Below, piece after piece: positions 17,275 through 26,177 of a stretch of 41,696 nt of DNA. Position 1 is the first letter of the stretch, and each line of letters starts with the position of its first letter. The stretch is from Deltaproteobacteria bacterium. Lineage in GTDB: Bacteria > Bdellovibrionota > JACOXK01 > 2-02-FULL-40-11. Below the pieces are notes generated by a model. It did not search any database. It saw only the letters and a list, made by a program, of their open reading frames with translations, and was not told where the DNA came from. A program made the position numbers and the translations under genes. The stretch is taken from assembly GCA_023248265.1 (NCBI GenBank), contig JAHFEZ010000003.1, positions 1 to 41,696 of the forward strand. Reading direction: 5' to 3'.

Positions 17275-18562
17275 AACGAGCCTCTAACCAAAAACGATCG
17301 TGTTGTCTTAAACTGCCCCAATAGGTATTTTCTTTGCCCACCAAAGTATTGATTCCTGCCTTCACAGTAAAACGGTTATCTAAAAAAGCTAACATCACTG
17401 CAGGCGTCATTACAAATTCTTTCAAAAAAAGATCAGACTCTGCATTAAAAGAAACCCCTTCCCCTTGAAATAGATGAAATAGTATCTCTGTAAATACATA
17501 AGAAGCTGCCTTTTTGGGCTGATACATCTCCCCTTGATTGGTTTTGCCCAAATCTTTTGAAAAAACGATGCCCGCTAGCCCTTTTTCAATAAAGCCATGC
17601 TTGTTATCATAACGAATACCCACCAAACTATTGAGTTGGGGATTGAGATTTGATTTTTGATGTCTTAAATACGCTGTTTCCGTCAAAAAAGAAAAAGGAT
17701 GAAATAAAAACGCTCCTTCAAACCCAACAGAAGATAAACGAAAAAACTGAGGATAAAGATGAACCCGCGTCTCTAGCGAGGACTCATCTTTAATAATGAG
17801 CTTTGCATCGTTGATGAGCTCAGGTGCAGGATCCATCATATGAGAGGCCAAAAGAGCTCCTTTAAAAAAAGCCCACTCTCGACTCATACGAACCGCAAGT
17901 CCTGAATTAAATAAGACGTCCGTCACCCGAGGTGTGTGTAAAGTATAATCTAGAGGAAGCCATCCTTCTCCAATTTTGACTTGATAAAATAGAGGCAGAC
18001 TCCATCTGGAACGAATGGCAAAATGAGAGTCCCCTTCTGTTTCGTAACGAGCTCCGCCTCGATTGGGAATAAAAAGAGGGCTGACCAGGGCTTCGTATAA
18101 AAAATTATTTTTACTTTGATAAGAGCCATACATCCCCACCACGCCATCTCTGTGGTACGTCAAAGCATCCAGAGAAAATACAGGAAATATTTTTTGATGA
18201 GGACTGCGCACCTCAACACCTCCCCATGGCAAAAGAATACGTCCCACTTTTACATCAAAAGGTTTTTTTTGAACTCCCACCCACGATTCTCGAACATCAA
18301 ACCAATCTGAAGCTTCTCTGGGAAATAATCCCCAGATATCTCCTAAAAAACGCCCCTCAATCCCTTTTTTATTTTCCTTTTCATACGCAGCTGAAAGATG
18401 AAGTCTCCATTCCTGGGTAGAATCGCGATACGAGCTGGCATAGGTAAACCGTTGAACATCTGTTTTAATTTCTGAATAAACACTTGAGACTGGCGAGACC
18501 AGCAAGGATGACATCCATAAAAAAAAGACAAGAACAAGAACATGAAGGACACTTCTTTTCAT
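17264..18562 (-). CDS. Putative outer-membrane beta-barrel protein
   Basis: Start placed at Met7 (MKRSVLHVLVLVFF..., signal peptide). Alternating-hydrophobicity strands throughout. C-terminal ...EARYVF is a typical OMP signature. 11-nt overlap with the downstream lipoprotein gene. Confidence 0.65.
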   Translation of the reverse strand: MKRSVLHVLVLVFFLWMSSLLVSPVSSVYSEIKTDVQRFTYASSYRDSTQEWRLHLSAAYEKENKKGIEGRFLGDIWGLFPREASDWFDVRESWVGVQKKPFDVKVGRILLPWGGVEVRSPHQKIFPVFSLDALTYHRDGVVGMYGSYQSKNNFLYEALVSPLFIPNRGGARYETEGDSHFAIRSRWSLPLFYQVKIGEGWLPLDYTLHTPRVTDVLFNSGLAVRMSREWAFFKGALLASHMMDPAPELINDAKLIIKDESSLETRVHLYPQFFRLSSVGFEGAFLFHPFSFLTETAYLRHQKSNLNPQLNSLVGIRYDNKHGFIEKGLAGIVFSKDLGKTNQGEMYQPKKAASYVFTEILFHLFQGEGVSFNAESDLFLKEFVMTPAVMLAFLDNRFTVKAGINTLVGKENTYWGSLRQHDRFWLEARYVF

Positions 18563-18615
18563 GAGGGCTTCTTGTAACACAGCTTTTAAGTATTGTAAAA
18601 ATAGCGATTAGGATA

Positions 18616-19518
18616 CTATTTCTTCTTGTATGGCGTCTTTGTGATCTTATATATTTCTCGAGTAAACTTCTCTAAAATATAAATATCTTGTGGATCCATA
18701 ACAGCTGTCGCCAGAGGATTTGCTTTTTCAAATAGATCAATGGCCGATTGAATATCTTCTCCCACATCAGACCGAATCACTTTTGTTAAGACATCAAATA
18801 TCAGTTTTCTAACAACATAAGGTTGCCCTTCAGATATTGCTGCTTGCATCAAAGCTGAAATTACTTTTGGAGAGGGGTGAGCTTGCATAAGGCTCGCCGC
18901 CAAAAGACGCGCATAAAGTCTGGAATCCTGATATAAAACATCCAGTAAAAAAGGAACACATTCCTCCCCCGCTCTGGCTAATTGTTTTACAGCCTTTCGT
19001 TTGTCTGCTATTTTTTTCGATTCTACGGCTTGATTGAGCCATGCCTCATAGTCAGACAAAGGGCCTGCTTCTTTTGCTATAGACTCCTGAAAATCCTGGT
19101 ATTGTTTCACAAAAGAAGAAATCTCTGCACGCAATGGATTCTCAGGATCCAAATGATATTGAATTAAATTTAAAGCATAAATGACGGCCGTAGGATTATG
19201 ATGCTCGCGAAGATTTATACTCAGCAATTTAGGAATTGCATTTTCCACGCCCATGCGAGAAAGGGCAACAGCAGCTGAATCTCCAACTTCCCGATCGGAC
19301 AAAGTTTCAATTAAAATATCTATGGCTCTTTCAGACCCCTCATGCCGAAGGTTATGAATAGCCTTTTCTTTCTCTCCTGAAAAAATACCTGGTTCGCTTA
19401 AAATACGCTCACACTCATCCATAGGCACCCCTTCAGATTCTTGGCTAAAAACAGGAGAAAAAGATAAAAAGCATAATAAAATCAATAAGAAAGACAAGGC
19501 ACACAGGATAAGCTTCAT
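18616..19518 (-). CDS. Secreted HEAT-repeat protein
   Basis: 300-aa ORF. The signal peptide is shared with the gene at 19708-20748. Contains repeated helical ~30-aa HEAT/PBS-lyase-like units (AIDILIETLSDREVGDSAAVALSRMG; AVKQLARAGEECVPFLLDVLYQDSRLYARLLAA). Confidence 0.7.
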   Translation of the reverse strand: MKLILCALSFLLILLCFLSFSPVFSQESEGVPMDECERILSEPGIFSGEKEKAIHNLRHEGSERAIDILIETLSDREVGDSAAVALSRMGVENAIPKLLSINLREHHNPTAVIYALNLIQYHLDPENPLRAEISSFVKQYQDFQESIAKEAGPLSDYEAWLNQAVESKKIADKRKAVKQLARAGEECVPFLLDVLYQDSRLYARLLAASLMQAHPSPKVISALMQAAISEGQPYVVRKLIFDVLTKVIRSDVGEDIQSAIDLFEKANPLATAVMDPQDIYILEKFTREIYKITKTPYKKK

Positions 19519-19562
19519 AATCTGCCTATTTTTTTAGCACAATTTGGCCATTCTGGCAAGAG
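19400..19562. repeat. Direct repeat copy 1 (promoter + 5' UTR + signal-peptide module)
   Basis: Aligns without gaps to 20630-20792 (offset exactly 1230 bp). The segment encoding FLSFSPVFSQESEG is nearly identical. Minus-strand promoter TTGCCA-17 nt-TAAAAA at 19559-19531. Confidence 0.9.
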
Positions 19563-19707
19563 GGGGCCACAGCTAATTCCTTTAAAATAGATTTTCCATG
19601 ATAAAAACCATGAAGATAATTAAGCCGTAGCATCAAAAGGATCCCATACAATTTCTGTGGCATCAGGACTACCGTGATGTACTAAAGCTCGGAGTTTTAA
19701 AAAAGCT

Positions 19708-20748
19708 TCATTTAGTTTTATTTTCTGTTTGTTTTTTAAGTGTGACACGAATAAAAGGCAATTGAAATAACATTAAACCATCTTCGGATTGATGTTTTTT
19801 AAGAACTGCTAAAAGTTTTTTTTCAAGTTCATTCCGTGTTTCTTTATCTCTGATCAAATAGGATGTTTGGAAAAAACCTCTCAATAAAATCAGCATATTT
19901 TCTGGCTTATCTTCATATGCCAATGTAAATTCTTCCACTCTCATATCAGGAGAAAATCCAGTTGTTTCATTAAAAAATTTTCTCATGCCTTGCACATTAT
20001 CTGCGCCCAAATCTCCCCAACCCCATTTTTCTAACTCAAGTTCTGGACTATCATACTGTGCCGCCGCTTCCAGATACTCATTAAAAATAGTACGTTTAGT
20101 ATTGAAAAGATCATCAGGGAGAACAATACCTGAAAGAATTCCACCAGGTTTTAAGATGCGAAAAATTTCAGCAACAACAGGCTGTAGTGGTCGGAAAAGC
20201 ATTAAACCTAGTGAACAAAAAATAACATCAACAGAGGAAGAAGGGATTGAAGAAAGGTTTTGAGCATCTTCAGATAGAAACTCAATATTCTTACTACGAA
20301 TTTTTTGCCGAGCTACCGACAGCTCTTCTTCATTAAAATCAACTAGAATAACTTGACCTTGAGGACCAACTGCTTCGACTAGCAGTTTACTTAGAGGGCC
20401 GCTACCGCCTGCCAAATCAACGACTGTTTTTCCACGAAGATTAGGAACTGCATTAAGCAAAAATTCATAACTTGTTTGACCTTCGGAAGTTTTAAAGTAA
20501 GTAAATGTATCTTCAATGTCTCCACCACGATATATGTCTGATTGTTTTATTGCATTATAAAATTCCCTATCAGTTGGAGCTATGTTTTCTTCTAACTTGA
20601 CAGGGTCAGTTATATCTTCATCTTCACTCAAAATTCGCTCACACTTATCCATGGGCCCCCCTTCAGATTCTTGGCTAAAAACAGGAGAAAAAGATAAAAA
20701 GTATAATAAAATCAATAAGAAAGATAAGAAATAGTAGATAAACCTCAT
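19708..20748 (-). CDS. Class I SAM-dependent methyltransferase with N-terminal signal peptide or signal anchor
   Basis: 346-aa ORF. N-terminus MRFIYYFLSFLLILLYFLSFSPVFSQESEG. Motif I VVDLAGGSGPLS, acidic post-I LVDFNEEEL, and ILKPGGIL. Confidence 0.8.
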   Translation of the reverse strand: MRFIYYFLSFLLILLYFLSFSPVFSQESEGGPMDKCERILSEDEDITDPVKLEENIAPTDREFYNAIKQSDIYRGGDIEDTFTYFKTSEGQTSYEFLLNAVPNLRGKTVVDLAGGSGPLSKLLVEAVGPQGQVILVDFNEEELSVARQKIRSKNIEFLSEDAQNLSSIPSSSVDVIFCSLGLMLFRPLQPVVAEIFRILKPGGILSGIVLPDDLFNTKRTIFNEYLEAAAQYDSPELELEKWGWGDLGADNVQGMRKFFNETTGFSPDMRVEEFTLAYEDKPENMLILLRGFFQTSYLIRDKETRNELEKKLLAVLKKHQSEDGLMLFQLPFIRVTLKKQTENKTK

Positions 20749-20792
20749 AAAACGCCTATTCTTATAGCATAATTTAGACCTGACGACAAGAG
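20630..20792. repeat. Direct repeat copy 2 (promoter + 5' UTR + signal-peptide module)
   Basis: See 19400-19562. The corresponding promoter-like hexamers are TTGTCG-17 nt-TATAAG. Confidence 0.9.
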
Positions 20793-20893
20793 AGACACGC
20801 TATTGAAATTTTACGCCTATTTACAAAATGATCTTTTTCATCTATATATAAAATCCCCTTAGTTCGGATATAAAATTTACAGGAGAAATAATT

Positions 20894-21211
20894 ATGAAAA
20901 AACTACTCTTTATTGGAATGGCTCTTTGTTACCTACCTTGTCAAGTATGGGCTGGGATTGATTACTCAGGTCTGATGGTGACTTCCCCAAAAGTAAAAGT
21001 TCTATATAGTGCTTTAGGAGACGATCTTGCAAATCCAGACAGAAAAACTGTGTATAAAATGGCTGACCAAGCTTGTCAGGAAAAAGTAAAACAATTTCAA
21101 AGTGAAGGGAAAGAAGTCCTCGGATATGAAATCAGACAAGAGTCTTTGTACTGGAAAGATATTTACGCAAATTGCAATATTCTAATTTCTACTCCTGAAA
21201 ACTCCGAGTAA
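20894..21211 (+). CDS. Small secreted protein, unknown function
   Basis: 105-aa ORF. AGGAG-like RBS (ACAGGAGAAATAATTATG). Signal peptide MKKLLFIGMALCYLPCQVWA. Confidence 0.65.
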   Translation: MKKLLFIGMALCYLPCQVWAGIDYSGLMVTSPKVKVLYSALGDDLANPDRKTVYKMADQACQEKVKQFQSEGKEVLGYEIRQESLYWKDIYANCNILISTPENSE

Positions 21212-21245
21212 GGACAGTCATCATTAAGCGAAGCCGGATTTTAAG

Positions 21246-21322
21246 TGGCGCGCCCGGAGGGAATTGAACCCCCAACCCTTTGATCCGAAGTCAAATGCTC
21301 TATCCAATTGAGCTACGGGCGC
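21246..21322 (-). tRNA. tRNA-Arg (anticodon TCG), CCA encoded
   Basis: Cloverleaf read by hand. Acceptor GCGCCCG/CGGGCGC, D arm GCTC-AATTGGATA-GAGC, anticodon arm TTTGA-CTTCGGA-TCAAA, T arm GGGGG-TTCAATT-CCCTC, discriminator G, then CCA. Confidence 0.88.
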
Positions 21323-21371
21323 ACTCGTTTGACAATCATATATATTTACGCTAAAAGATCAACCCATTCTC

Positions 21372-22376
21372 ATGCATCATCAGCTCAAAAATCTACCCAA
21401 GGTCGAGCTCCATCGTCATCTGGAAGGCTCCATTCCTGTACCTCTGACATTAGCATGGAGCAAAAAATATCATCTTCCCCTTCCTCCTTCTGAGCCCGAA
21501 AAAAATATCCAAGTCAAAACTCCCATGCCCCTGCCAAAAGTTTTAGAAAGACTCTTCTATCAACAGCGCTGTTTTCAAGATAGAGAAAGCGTTGAAACCC
21601 TGACCTATGAAGTTTTAAAAGATATCGCTTTAGATAACATCAAACTGATTGAACTTCGATTTAGTCCAGGCTTCATGGCAGAACCCAAAAATTTACCTTT
21701 TGATATGATTATGGAAGCAACTCTGTCGGCTAAAGAACGCGCCGAAAAAGATTTTAATATGGAGGTGGGATTTATTCTCATTAGCAGCCGAGATTTAGGA
21801 AATGACATTTGTGAAGAAACGGTAGATCTTGCTATTCGATGGAAAAAAGAAATTGTGGGCATCGACTTGGCTGGAGATGAAACAAATTTTCCACCCGAAC
21901 TTTTTGAAAAACCCTTTCAAAGAGCTCATAAAGAAGGACTTTTCATTACAGCGCACAGTGGAGAAGTGTCTCATCCTTCTCACATCACCACATCCATTCA
22001 AAAACTCAAAGCCTCTCGCATTGGCCATGGCGTCCAGGCCATTCAAGATCCCACCGTTATTCAATATCTTGTGAAACATAAAATTCCTTTGGAACTTTGC
22101 CCCACCAGTAATTTCATGACCAAAGCAATCCCTCACATCAAAGAACATCCTTTGAAAAAATTTATGGAATTAGGCGTTGAAGTTACCATTAATTCTGATG
22201 ACCCTACTCTTTTTGGAACCACCCTGACTCAAGAATATGAAATCTGTATGCAAAGCTTAGGCTTTAGTTTAGAAGAAATTCAAAAAACCATTCTCACCAG
22301 TTTTCGCCATTCTTTTTTAAGCGATGAAAAGAAAAAACGCGCCTGGAAACAGCATCTACACACTCTTGAAAATTAA
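21372..22376 (+). CDS. add: Adenosine deaminase
   Basis: 334-aa ORF. LPKVELHRHLEGS metal-binding N-terminus, HSGE, and SDDP motifs. Confidence 0.92.
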   Translation: MHHQLKNLPKVELHRHLEGSIPVPLTLAWSKKYHLPLPPSEPEKNIQVKTPMPLPKVLERLFYQQRCFQDRESVETLTYEVLKDIALDNIKLIELRFSPGFMAEPKNLPFDMIMEATLSAKERAEKDFNMEVGFILISSRDLGNDICEETVDLAIRWKKEIVGIDLAGDETNFPPELFEKPFQRAHKEGLFITAHSGEVSHPSHITTSIQKLKASRIGHGVQAIQDPTVIQYLVKHKIPLELCPTSNFMTKAIPHIKEHPLKKFMELGVEVTINSDDPTLFGTTLTQEYEICMQSLGFSLEEIQKTILTSFRHSFLSDEKKKRAWKQHLHTLEN

Positions 22377-22418
22377 TTTTACAATTCCTCTTTTATTATG
22401 TTATGGTGATGGCGTTTT

Positions 22419-23993
22419 ATGACGGTACATCCGCAACTGAAATCATACGGTTTTTCAAAAAATAAATCTGTGTTTTGGGGACTCGTAACCTCTCAGCTTT
22501 GTGAAGAGGCTATTAAGCGAGAAGAAGGCCATCTTCTCCATTTGGGACCTTTTGTTGCCACTACTGGAAAACACACAGGACGTTCCGCAGAAGATAAATT
22601 CATTGTCAAAGATTCCACCACCGAAAAAAAAGTATGGTGGGAACAAAACAAACCCTTTTCTCCAGATAAATTTGAAGCGCTTCAAAAAAAGGTCATTGCT
22701 TATTTAGAAAATAAAGACATTTTTGTGCAAGATTGTTTTGTAGGCGCCGACCCTGAGCATCGTTATCCCGTTCGAATTATGACAGAAACGGCATGGCATA
22801 GTATTTTTGTTCGAAATATGTTTTTTAGACAAGAACCTCGCTTCATTCATTCTACGCCTCCTAAATTTACCATTCTCCATGCTCCTTCTTTTCAGGCCAA
22901 TCCTGCAACAGATGGAACTCGATCTGAAACATTTATTATTTTAAACTTTACCACGGGCATAGTTTTAATCGGAGGTACCGCATATGCAGGAGAAATCAAG
23001 AAAGCCGTTTTTACACTTCTTAACTTTTGCTACCCCGATGAAAATGTTTTCCCCATGCATAGCTCTATCAATGTAGGTCGATATAATGATGTGGCCCTCT
23101 TTTTTGGTCTTTCTGGAACAGGAAAAACGACACTTTCTACAGATTCTGATCGAGTTCTCATTGGTGATGACGAGCATGGCTGGGGCCCCAAAGGAACCTT
23201 TAATTTTGAGCGCGGATGCTATGCCAAAGTCATTCGCTTGTCTTCCGAAACGGAGCCAGAGATTTTTGGAACGACTCAACGCTTCGGTACTATCCTAGAA
23301 AATGTTGTTTTTGATCCAAACTCTCGAATCATCGATTTTAATAGCGATAAAATTACTGAAAATACCCGAGCATCTTATCCTATTTCTTATATTCCACGTG
23401 CATCTCAAATAGGGGTAGCGGGACATCCTAAAAATATTATTATGCTTACGGCTGATGCCTTTGGCGTTTTACCTCCAGTTGCAAAGCTTACAACGGAGCA
23501 AGCCATGTATCACTTTATTTCTGGATATACGGCTAAACTTGCAGGCACGGAAATGGGCATTAAAGAACCCAAAGCAACATTTAGTACCTGTTTTGGTGCG
23601 CCGTTTATGCCCAGACATTCTTCTGAATATGCAAACCTATTGGGACAACGGATGGAAAAACACCGCTCTCATGCGTGGCTGATTAATACAGGATGGAGTG
23701 GCGGTCCTTATGGCGTTGGCTCTCGTATGAGCCTTCCACATACGAGATCTATTTTAAAAGCTATTTTTGCTGGCCAACTCAATGATGTCCCAACAGAAAA
23801 AGATCCTTTTTTTGGTCTTCAAATCCCAAAAAGCTGCTCCGGAGTGCCTGAAAATATTTTAAATCCAAAAACAAGTTGGCAAAATAAAACTGCCTACGAT
23901 GAAAAAGCCAAAGATCTGGCCAAACAATTTGTAGAAAATTTTAAAAAATTTAAATTTGAAGAACTTACCAAACACGGCCCCCATTCAGTTTAA
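22419..23993 (+). CDS. pckA: Phosphoenolpyruvate carboxykinase (ATP)
   Basis: 524-aa ORF. TGKHTGRSAEDKFIV, kinase-1a GLSGTGKTTLS, and IGDDEHGW motifs. Confidence 0.95.
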   Translation: MTVHPQLKSYGFSKNKSVFWGLVTSQLCEEAIKREEGHLLHLGPFVATTGKHTGRSAEDKFIVKDSTTEKKVWWEQNKPFSPDKFEALQKKVIAYLENKDIFVQDCFVGADPEHRYPVRIMTETAWHSIFVRNMFFRQEPRFIHSTPPKFTILHAPSFQANPATDGTRSETFIILNFTTGIVLIGGTAYAGEIKKAVFTLLNFCYPDENVFPMHSSINVGRYNDVALFFGLSGTGKTTLSTDSDRVLIGDDEHGWGPKGTFNFERGCYAKVIRLSSETEPEIFGTTQRFGTILENVVFDPNSRIIDFNSDKITENTRASYPISYIPRASQIGVAGHPKNIIMLTADAFGVLPPVAKLTTEQAMYHFISGYTAKLAGTEMGIKEPKATFSTCFGAPFMPRHSSEYANLLGQRMEKHRSHAWLINTGWSGGPYGVGSRMSLPHTRSILKAIFAGQLNDVPTEKDPFFGLQIPKSCSGVPENILNPKTSWQNKTAYDEKAKDLAKQFVENFKKFKFEELTKHGPHSV

Positions 23994-24741
23994 AAAAAAC
24001 TGGCTGGAAAAGCTCTATCGTACCTACAACAAAAGAGAATTCATCCATCCAGATCCCTTAGAATTTGTTTACCATTATTCTAAACCACAGGATCGAGAAG
24101 TTGCAGGGCTCATTGCTTCAACACTTGCCTACGGAAATGTAAAACAAATTCTAAAAAGCACCCAATGGGTTTTAGAAAAACTGGGGTCATCTCCTTCAGA
24201 TTTTCTAAAACAGGAATCTCCAACAACCCTTCGACATCTCACCCAAAACTTCAAACATCGATTTACAACAGATGAAGATCTCGCTCATCTTCTTCTGGGA
24301 ATACGAAAAAACTTGCACCACTATGGCTCTCTCTATGAATGCTTTTTAGAAGGCTACTCCAAAAAAGAAACTTCTATTTTACCTGCCTTAATCCTTTTTG
24401 TTGATAAACTCATTGGACATCAAGGCACGTATGGAGCCCATCTGCTGCCTCAACCCACTAAAAACAGTGCCTGTAAACGCCTTCATATGTTTTTGCGCTG
24501 GATGGTTCGAAAAGATGAGGTCGATCCAGGAGGATGGGAGGCACTTTCGCCCTCAAAGTTAATCGTACCCGTAGATACCCACATGCACCACATCAGTCTT
24601 AAACTAGGATTAACGAAAAGAAAACAAGCCAATCTCAAAACTGCTTTAGAATTAACCGCCGCTTTTGCCCGTATCTCTCCCAACGACCCTGTAAAATATG
24701 ATTTTTCTCTCACACGGCTTGGAATTTTAAAAATTCATTGA
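23956..24741 (+). CDS. TIGR02757/DUF2400-family protein
   Basis: 261-aa ORF. HPDPLEFV...LAYGNVKQI...HRFTT...CKRLHMFLRWMVR pattern. The track start is a TTG overlapping pckA by 38 nt, so the exact start is uncertain. Confidence 0.78.
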   Translation: MKNLPNTAPIQFKKNWLEKLYRTYNKREFIHPDPLEFVYHYSKPQDREVAGLIASTLAYGNVKQILKSTQWVLEKLGSSPSDFLKQESPTTLRHLTQNFKHRFTTDEDLAHLLLGIRKNLHHYGSLYECFLEGYSKKETSILPALILFVDKLIGHQGTYGAHLLPQPTKNSACKRLHMFLRWMVRKDEVDPGGWEALSPSKLIVPVDTHMHHISLKLGLTKRKQANLKTALELTAAFARISPNDPVKYDFSLTRLGILKIH

Positions 24742-24804
24742 CAAAATTTCATAAAGATTTAAAACCATTCATATCGTGTTTGTGTAAAATAATAGGGGGT
24801 TCGT

Positions 24805-25185
24805 ATGATTAAAAAATGTCTTATCGTTTCGGTATTTACTATTTTAGTATCTTTAAGTTCTTTCATGGCGTTGGCAGACCATGAGCTGGATCAATGCGGC
24901 ACTTCAGATGCCGTATGCGTTGGCAAAGTCTTGCTCGATAAACTCAATCACTCAGGACAAAATCCTACCGTGCTCACCATAGAATTTTATTATAGTGATG
25001 CTTGTTTAGAAAGCGATCTACTCATGTCTGTAGCATTTGGAGAGGATTCCCATAAAAATGAAGCACAATGTCACAGACTTTCTCTTTTGGTGGATAAACC
25101 TGTATGGGGCTTAAAAGCAAAAGGCGGAAAATGCATCAATGTTTCTGATACAGATTTCTTAAAAGCTTGTTTGCAATTTATTTAA
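24805..25185 (+). CDS. Small Cys-rich secreted protein, unknown function
   Basis: 126-aa ORF. AGGGGG RBS-like upstream. Signal peptide ending ...SFMALA. Six mature Cys residues. Confidence 0.6.
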   Translation: MIKKCLIVSVFTILVSLSSFMALADHELDQCGTSDAVCVGKVLLDKLNHSGQNPTVLTIEFYYSDACLESDLLMSVAFGEDSHKNEAQCHRLSLLVDKPVWGLKAKGGKCINVSDTDFLKACLQFI

Positions 25186-26177
25186 GATGATTTTATTTTT
25201 TGAAAAGAAAACTTTTTTCCGATATTAGAAACAGGGCTTCCTTCTACTTCGGCATAGGGATAAATAAAATAATTTAGAGGTTCTCCTCTTTGGGGAGGGT
25301 TAAGAACAATATCCCGCCCACGGCTAAATTCTATCCGATTGGCAGGCAAAGCTCCAAAGTATTCATTAATTTTTCCCGTCTTTTTGGCTTCCGTTGCATC
25401 AATGGGAATCCACCCTTGATCGCTCACGTATGCCTCAGCCCAACAATGATAGCCAGGAATTTCTCCGGAGTCTTGGTCCTGAGGAATAGGCACTCCAATC
25501 TCAAACCGCGCTGGAATTTTTTCACTGCGACTCATGGCAATAAATAAAGAATGAAAATCTGTACAATTACCTCTTTTATTTGCGCATGCCCACACGGCAT
25601 CTCCCCGGCCCCATCCCTCTCCACTTTTGTCATACGCCATGGTGCGCACAATATAATCATAAAAAGCACGAATTTTTTCTTTTGCATCTTTGGCAGACTT
25701 AGCTTCTTCAGATGCAATTGTTCTAATTTCAGGGAACAAAGGCACCAGTTTATCTGGCGCTATATATAAAGAAGGCTTCGAATAGTTATCACACGTTTTG
25801 TCTTTGCATCCAAAATAAGGATACCGTGAAACATGATATTCAAAGGAAAGATGAAGCGGTTCTTTCGAGGTTTTACCTCTTACATAAATCATGCGATTTC
25901 CATACTTAGATTCGGTTGTAATTTTAAGAGGCTCCTTAAAAGCTTGAGGTAATTTTGAACTAAACTTTAAAACTTTTTGATATCTACCTTCTCGAGGATA
26001 AGGAATCCATACAGACAAAAGTTTTCCTTCTTCTTGGGCAGGTTGAATCTCAACAGAATACGTAAATATATAATTTTTAGATTCCTGAGCATGATATTCA
26101 CACGCCTGACTCTCATAAATTCCAAGAACAAAAAGAGATAGACCTAACCCTAAAATTTTCCTATTTAGCAGGAACAA
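25182..26177 (-). CDS. Secreted transglutaminase-like domain protein
   Basis: 331-aa ORF. Signal peptide. Cys-His-Asp core (RGNCTDFHSLF ... GYHCWAEAY ... WIPIDATE). Confidence 0.85.
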   Translation of the reverse strand: MFLLNRKILGLGLSLFVLGIYESQACEYHAQESKNYIFTYSVEIQPAQEEGKLLSVWIPYPREGRYQKVLKFSSKLPQAFKEPLKITTESKYGNRMIYVRGKTSKEPLHLSFEYHVSRYPYFGCKDKTCDNYSKPSLYIAPDKLVPLFPEIRTIASEEAKSAKDAKEKIRAFYDYIVRTMAYDKSGEGWGRGDAVWACANKRGNCTDFHSLFIAMSRSEKIPARFEIGVPIPQDQDSGEIPGYHCWAEAYVSDQGWIPIDATEAKKTGKINEYFGALPANRIEFSRGRDIVLNPPQRGEPLNYFIYPYAEVEGSPVSNIGKKFSFQKIKSS

